Assembly: GCA_004297205.1 (NCBI GenBank)
Contig: SCUL01000002.1
Span: 530,893-594,892 of the forward strand
DNA length: 64,000 bases
DNA from: Patescibacteria group bacterium
Lineage (GTDB): Bacteria; Patescibacteriota; Patescibacteriia; 2-12-FULL-57-11
Reading direction: 5' to 3'
Position numbers and translations under genes: made by a program. The notes beneath the pieces are model-generated. The model saw only the letters and a program-made list of their open reading frames with translations. It searched no databases and had not been told where the DNA came from. Positions within the stretch are counted from its first letter, which is position 1. Each line of letters starts with the position of its first letter. Positions 59,558 through 64,000 of this stretch are shown in pieces.

Positions 59558-60724
59558 ATGACAACCGATCGCAAGCCCTCGCCGCTGCCCGCAGCTGGCG
59601 GGCTCGCGGGCATCTCCACAAAGACGGTCTTCACGCCGAAGATGATCGAGCGAATGCGGCTCGACGGCAAGACCCAGGTCCTCCTTCCCGGAGCCACGCT
59701 CTGGGAGGTCGGCCAGAAGGCCGCCCGCACCTACCACCTCGTGCACGGGACGCTGGCGGTGATCGTCGACAACACGCCGGTCGCCGAGATCAACGAAGGC
59801 CAGCTCGTCGGTGAGCTCGAGATGCTCTTCAACGAGCCGTACGCCTCCACGGTACGTTCCGTGACTGACGCGGAACTCATCGTCTTCTCGAAGGCGGAGT
59901 TCCAGCTCATGCTGCGGAACACCGAGGCGGGCTACACGGTCATCCGGCTCTTCGCCGAGCGGGTGAGGGCGGCTCACCGCGCCCTGGCCGGACGCACCGC
60001 GCGCGTCGTCTCTCTCGAGCAGGACATCCGGGACCTGGCCACGCGCCAGCACCAGGAGCTTGAGGAGAAGAAGCGTGAATTCGACGATCTCGGCGAGCGG
60101 CTGTTGGTTGCCGAAAAGCAGGTCGAGGAGGCCGAGCGCATGCGGCAGGCCTACGACATGAACCTGCAGGTCGCCGACGCGCGGATCCTCCTGCTCGAAC
60201 AAGCACTCCGCGCTGCCAATCTCGAGGTCACGCGGGACGGTGTCACCAGCCGCATCTTCCCGCGCCCGATCGACGCCTCGCTCGAGGCCGAGATCAGCGC
60301 GGAACTCGATGCGTTGACACCGCCGCCGCTGCCCCCACCTCTGCCGGTCGCAAGGATCGGTCTGACGCGGGTCGCCGTGCCTCGGCCGAACACCCCGGTG
60401 TTCACGGAGGAAGGTCCGCCGACCGACGTGACGCCGGTCGCTCCCGACAGCGAGATGCTCGCGGCGGTCGAAGGACCGCTCGAGTCCGACACCGGGAAGG
60501 TGGCCGTGCCGCCGCCGATCCGGCGCCGGGAGCCGGTCCCCGTGGGCGCACGCACCCAGAACATGGTGGCGTTCGACCCGGACGCACCCCGGATGGAGAT
60601 CACCATCGACGAGAATGGCGCGCGCGTCACCTCGCCGCCCGCCGTGCCGGATCTCGACAGGGAGACGGATAGTCTCATCGCGGAAATCCTCCACATCACG
60701 CCGGACACCACGCCCAAGAAGTAG
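59558..60724 (+). CDS. cyclic nucleotide-binding (CAP/Crp effector-type) domain protein with coiled-coil and Pro-rich C-terminal region
   Basis: ATG 59558 is preceded by GAGGAG at 4 nt. The cNMP-binding fold reads LVHGTLAVIVDNTPVAEINEGQLVGELEMLFNEPYASTVRSVTDAELIVF. A heptad-rich segment and a PPPLPPPLP segment follow. Confidence 0.6.
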   Translation: MTTDRKPSPLPAAGGLAGISTKTVFTPKMIERMRLDGKTQVLLPGATLWEVGQKAARTYHLVHGTLAVIVDNTPVAEINEGQLVGELEMLFNEPYASTVRSVTDAELIVFSKAEFQLMLRNTEAGYTVIRLFAERVRAAHRALAGRTARVVSLEQDIRDLATRQHQELEEKKREFDDLGERLLVAEKQVEEAERMRQAYDMNLQVADARILLLEQALRAANLEVTRDGVTSRIFPRPIDASLEAEISAELDALTPPPLPPPLPVARIGLTRVAVPRPNTPVFTEEGPPTDVTPVAPDSEMLAAVEGPLESDTGKVAVPPPIRRREPVPVGARTQNMVAFDPDAPRMEITIDENGARVTSPPAVPDLDRETDSLIAEILHITPDTTPKK

Positions 60725-60749
60725 GGCGAGGCGCTCCGGCGCTCTTTTT

Positions 60750-61832
60750 TTATGCCCCGACGCGGAAATGGACGACGTCGCCGTCCTGCATGACGTAATC
60801 CTTGCCCTCGACGCGCAGCAAGCCCTTGTCGCGAACCCCGGCTTCGCCGCCCTGGGTCACGAAATCTTTCCAATTGGAAATCTCCGCGCGGATAAACGTC
60901 TTTTCAAAATCGGTATGGATGACGCCGGCGGCCTGCGGCGCTTTCGTCCCCACCGGGATGGTCCAGGCACGCGTTTCCATTTCGCCCGTCGTCAGGAACG
61001 AGATGAGCCCGAGCTTGGCGTAGGCGGCGCGGATCAACGCGTCGAGCCCGGACTCCGGAATCTCGAGTGCGGTGAGCATCTCTTTGGCCTCGGTCGGCGA
61101 CATGTCGGCAAGTTCCGCCTCGATCTTGGCGTTCAGAGCGATCTGCGGCGCCAGCGTATTCGACAACGGGCCGACATAGGCCTTCTCTTTGAGTGTCTTC
61201 TCATCAACGTTCAGCACGTACAGAAACGGCTTCATCGTCAGCAAATGCAGTTCGGCAAGGGGGGGCTTCTCGTCATCAGCCAGCGCGACCGAGCTGGCCA
61301 GGTTCCCCTGCTGCAGGGCGTCGCGCACGCGCTCCACCGCGGCCAGCTCCTTTTCCAGGAGCGGCGTGACTCCCCCTTTGGCCTTGCTCTTCAGTGTGTC
61401 GACGCGACGGTTGGCGGTCTCCAAGTCGGCAATGACGAGTTCGGCATGAATGACGTCAACGTCGCTCTTGGGGTCGACCTGGCCGTGGACGTGGACGATG
61501 TCGTTGTCCACGAAGACGCGCACCACCATGACAATGGCGTCGACCTCACGGATGTGCGACAAAAATTTGTTGCCGAGACCTTCGCCCTGCGCGGCGCCGC
61601 GCACCAATCCCGCGATATCCACGAAATTGATGGTCGTCGGGACGATGCGGCCGCTCTTCGAGATCGCGGCGAGCTGCGCCAAGCGCTCGTCCGGCACCTC
61701 AACAATGCCGACGTTCGGTTCGATGGTCGCGAAGGGATAATTAGCGATGAGCGCCTGTTTGCGCGTCAGCGCTTTGAAGAGGGTCGACTTGCCGACGTTG
61801 GGCAGGCCGACGATACCGATGGCAAACGACAT
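60750..61832 (-). CDS. ychF: ribosome-binding ATPase YchF (Obg-family GTPase)
   Basis: G1 motif GIVGLPNVGKSTLF and the TGS C-terminal domain are present. Confidence 0.9.
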   Translation of the reverse strand: MSFAIGIVGLPNVGKSTLFKALTRKQALIANYPFATIEPNVGIVEVPDERLAQLAAISKSGRIVPTTINFVDIAGLVRGAAQGEGLGNKFLSHIREVDAIVMVVRVFVDNDIVHVHGQVDPKSDVDVIHAELVIADLETANRRVDTLKSKAKGGVTPLLEKELAAVERVRDALQQGNLASSVALADDEKPPLAELHLLTMKPFLYVLNVDEKTLKEKAYVGPLSNTLAPQIALNAKIEAELADMSPTEAKEMLTALEIPESGLDALIRAAYAKLGLISFLTTGEMETRAWTIPVGTKAPQAAGVIHTDFEKTFIRAEISNWKDFVTQGGEAGVRDKGLLRVEGKDYVMQDGDVVHFRVGA

Positions 61833-61907
61833 AGACGGCCGCAGGATGCCAAGATTCCATGACCCTGTCCAGCCGTGCTATACTGTCGGCGACTAACCGC
61901 ACCATCT

Positions 61908-62306
61908 ATGTCGGAGGGAAAAAAGAAGAAGGGGTCATTCAAGTCGCTGGCCGAGGGCTTGGCCGTCGGCGCGGCGCTCGGCGCCCTCATCGGCATCCTG
62001 TTCGCGCCCAAGAAGGGCAGCGAAACGCGCAAGGACATCGAAGAGGGGTTCTACCGCGCCAAGGCCGATGTGGCGCGCAAGCTCGTCAAAGCCAAGAAGG
62101 TCACGGCCGTGCAGTACAAGAAAGCCGTCGAGGAAGCGGTGAAGATGCAGGCCAAGACCATGAAGACGCTGAAGAAGGCCGATCTGAACGACATCAAAGA
62201 TCGGCTGATGGACGGCTGGGACACCATGGCCGGCAAGATGGCCTCGTCCAAACCCGTCAAAGCGATCAAGAAAGCAGTCAAAGCGACCAAGAAGAAAAAG
62301 GCCTGA
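61908..62306 (+). CDS. YtxH-like membrane-anchored Lys-rich protein
   Basis: ATG 61908 is preceded by TATACT at 23 nt with no SD. N-terminal glycine-zipper helix LAVGAALGALIGILFAP and a K/A-rich coiled tail. The track start 61875 is GTG and overlaps the -10. Confidence 0.55.
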   Translation: MSEGKKKKGSFKSLAEGLAVGAALGALIGILFAPKKGSETRKDIEEGFYRAKADVARKLVKAKKVTAVQYKKAVEEAVKMQAKTMKTLKKADLNDIKDRLMDGWDTMAGKMASSKPVKAIKKAVKATKKKKA

Positions 62307-62317
62307 GCGCAAAAGCA

Positions 62318-62348
62318 AACACCCCCGCCGAGGCGGGGGTGTTTTATT
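62318..62348. terminator. bidirectional intrinsic terminator
   Basis: Sequence aacacccccgcc gag ggcgggggtgtt followed by ttatttc. It shares the core cccccgccgaggcggggg with the terminator at 8414. Confidence 0.6.
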
Positions 62349-62591
62349 TCAGCCGAGGATGCGGATGAGTCCGATCAACGCCACGATCGCCCAGACGATA
62401 TTCAAAGCGGCTGCCGGATACGCGCGACGATTCCAGGCTTGCGCGGCGATGCCGGCTGCACCCAGGAGATTCATGATGTGATAGTACGGATGGTTGGTCG
62501 ATAGATAACCATTGCTGTTTGCGACGAAAGCGGCGAGCAGCAATGCCGCACCGACCCAGGCGACCGCGGACAACATCTTCTTCATGTTCAT
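62349..62591 (-). CDS. small three-TM membrane protein (80 aa)
   Basis: Hydrophobic ORF whose start overlaps the NUDIX gene stop. Confidence 0.4.
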   Translation of the reverse strand: MNMKKMLSAVAWVGAALLLAAFVANSNGYLSTNHPYYHIMNLLGAAGIAAQAWNRRAYPAAALNIVWAIVALIGLIRILG

Positions 62592-63043
62592 ACCGTGAGC
62601 GGTTCATGGCGAATCAAACGGACGTTATCATCGAAGTACAGGCGAAAGGCGACGGTTTCCCCTGCCAACAGCTGCGGAAACCACACACCGTCCGATTCCC
62701 ACATTTCTTGATACGGAACCGCGTCAAGCGCAAACCATTGCGGCCGCATTTCTTCCGATTCTGCGGGTTCACCCTCGAAGTCTGCGCTTGAAAAAATTCG
62801 ACAGCGCGTCGTCCAGTCCGGTTTCCCTTCGTAGATGAACTCGATCACGCCGCGTTCATTCGGGGACTTCACAGTCACGCCGATCTCTTCCTGTACTTCG
62901 CGGACCAGCGCCTCAACCGGCGTTTCTCCTGGATTGGCTTTGCCGCCCGGTCCATTCCACTTGCCCGCGCCAAAACCGCGCTTCTTCATGGCGAGCAGCA
63001 CCTGACCGGGGCGGAAGAGGTAGCAGAGATTCGTTTCTTTCAT
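62588..63043 (-). CDS. NUDIX hydrolase (MutT-like)
   Basis: Nudix box GKWNGPGGKANPGETPVEALVREVQEEIGV. ATG 63043 lies 2 nt after the upstream stop. The track start 63058 is TTG. Confidence 0.7.
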   Translation of the reverse strand: MKETNLCYLFRPGQVLLAMKKRGFGAGKWNGPGGKANPGETPVEALVREVQEEIGVTVKSPNERGVIEFIYEGKPDWTTRCRIFSSADFEGEPAESEEMRPQWFALDAVPYQEMWESDGVWFPQLLAGETVAFRLYFDDNVRLIRHEPLTV

Positions 63044-63045
63044 AC

Positions 63046-64000
63046 TCAGCCCGCCCAACCGTTGCTGACAAAGAGCGCGATGTTCACGGCCAGCAGCAAC
63101 GTGGAGCCAAACAGCCAGGCGGTCCGGACGCTTTGCGACTTCAGGCCGGCGAGTAGCAGGAACAGCGGAAAAAGCACGAGCGTATATCGACCGATGCTTG
63201 CCAGCGACCCCGTGCTGACAGCCGCAGCAATCGCTGCCAGCATGTAGGCGCCGTACGACGGCCGCAGTTTCCGCCAGGCAAGAACGGCCGCAATGACCGC
63301 GATGACCAGGAACGTCACGTCCATGGCCAGGTTCACCGTTGCCGGTGCGGTCCAGACGTCAAAATGTTCCGGATTGAAACGGAACGATCTGCCCCAACTT
63401 TTTTGCACATCGAAAAAGAGCAACGCATTCCCGAATGCCAGGCCGTGGAAAGAAAAGAATGCGGCGAGTCCAGCCGGAATCAACAGAAGCGGCGGCAACT
63501 TACGCAGTGCCTGCTGCGGCCCGACGGCCCGCAGCAACTCGAACACGGCAGGAATGAACAGCAGGACTCCGGTCACCCGGGTCAGTGCCGCGAGCCCTCC
63601 AACGATGCCGGCGGCCCACCAACGTTTCTCGAACAGGAAGTAAAAGGTGAGTATGGAGAGAAACAGGAAAAGCGATTCGGTATAGACGGCGTTCAAGAAA
63701 AACGCCGTGGGGAAGACCAACAGAAAAAGGAGCACCTGCTCCGGATCGATGTGGGGATGATGCCGCCGGACAAGCCTCGTCAGCGCCAGTGCGGCAAGCG
63801 CCAGAAAAAGACTGGCGATCAACCACCCCGCCAGCGCCACGTGGCCGAAAAGAATCGGCGTCAGCACGGCGACGAGCGTCGGATACAAGGGAAAGAAGAC
63901 GATGTTCGAAAGCTGACCGGATCCGGCATAGCGATACCCTTCCCGGGCGATGTCCAGGTACCACTCCCCGTCCCAGCGAGCATGCAGCCCGATCAGGTCG
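63046..64000 (-). CDS. PIG-V/Mannosyl_trans2-like GT-C membrane mannosyltransferase, N-terminus beyond the window
   Basis: The frame stays open from 63888 to the window end and reads ...HARWDGEWYLDIAREGYRYAGSGQL..., matching the FxxWDxxxYxxIAxxGY motif. The track M at 63888 is TTG. Multi-TM. Confidence 0.55.
   Translation of the reverse strand, partial: DLIGLHARWDGEWYLDIAREGYRYAGSGQLSNIVFFPLYPTLVAVLTPILFGHVALAGWLIASLFLALAALALTRLVRRHHPHIDPEQVLLFLLVFPTAFFLNAVYTESLFLFLSILTFYFLFEKRWWAAGIVGGLAALTRVTGVLLFIPAVFELLRAVGPQQALRKLPPLLLIPAGLAAFFSFHGLAFGNALLFFDVQKSWGRSFRFNPEHFDVWTAPATVNLAMDVTFLVIAVIAAVLAWRKLRPSYGAYMLAAIAAAVSTGSLASIGRYTLVLFPLFLLLAGLKSQSVRTAWLFGSTLLLAVNIALFVSNGWAG

Overview
This is a high-GC (about 65-70%) bacterial chromosomal window. 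Gene content and style suggest a reduced-genome Patescibacteria/CPR-like lineage: lamin-tail-domain surface proteins, many small membrane proteins, compact core enzymes, and a large family of TrbC/VirB2-like pilins. This assignment is inference only.

Core genes I can support from the translations:
- Repair and division: ruvB, ftsK, a RodZ-like HTH protein and recA.
- Folate and translation: folA-thyA, efp, lysS and the rpsF-ssb-rpsR cluster.
- Transcription: rpoB-rpoC.
- Metabolism and other enzymes: ychF, galU, rlmH, a NUDIX hydrolase, and an Fe-S cluster operon (Rrf2 regulator, NifS, IscU, NifU-like, ferredoxin, FAD oxidoreductase, PGI/PMI).
- Envelope and glycan genes: Wzx flippase with O-antigen ligase, SpoIID/LytB, a DUF2079 protein, a GT2 enzyme, two paralogous GT-C membrane proteins, and a PIG-V-like mannosyltransferase running off the right edge.
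- A PAS-GGDEF diguanylate cyclase truncated at the left edge.
- Three complete tRNAs: Leu-TAG, Gly-GCC and Leu-TAA.
- One tRNA-Ser-CGA preceded by an 18-nt duplicate of its own 5' end and a highly structured 130-nt element.

Most housekeeping genes appear to be leaderless. A -10-like hexamer (TATACT, TACACT, TACAAT or TACCAT) sits 6-10 nt upstream of the ATG with no Shine-Dalgarno (SD) sequence, often just after a GC-rich hairpin and T-tract.

The most interesting features are:
1. 16964-20961: a tandem array of seven TrbC/VirB2-type pilin-domain paralogs. Two are fused to large cysteine-rich extracellular domains, in opposite domain order.
2. 45145-45800: a roughly 650-nt ORF-poor region with a strong sigma70 promoter, two near-identical structured modules exactly 200 nt apart and six cUUCGg tetraloops. 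It lies upstream of two SD-led orphan genes (45853-47909).
3. 47992-48249: a sigma70 promoter driving a roughly 220-nt terminator-delimited sRNA candidate just upstream of ftsK.
4. 21071-25989: two SD-led operons of secreted or membrane hypothetical proteins. They are driven by near-identical TTGACA-17-TATnnT promoters with long structured leaders and look compositionally distinct from the leaderless core.

Non-CDS coordinates were read by eye and may be off by 1-2 nt.
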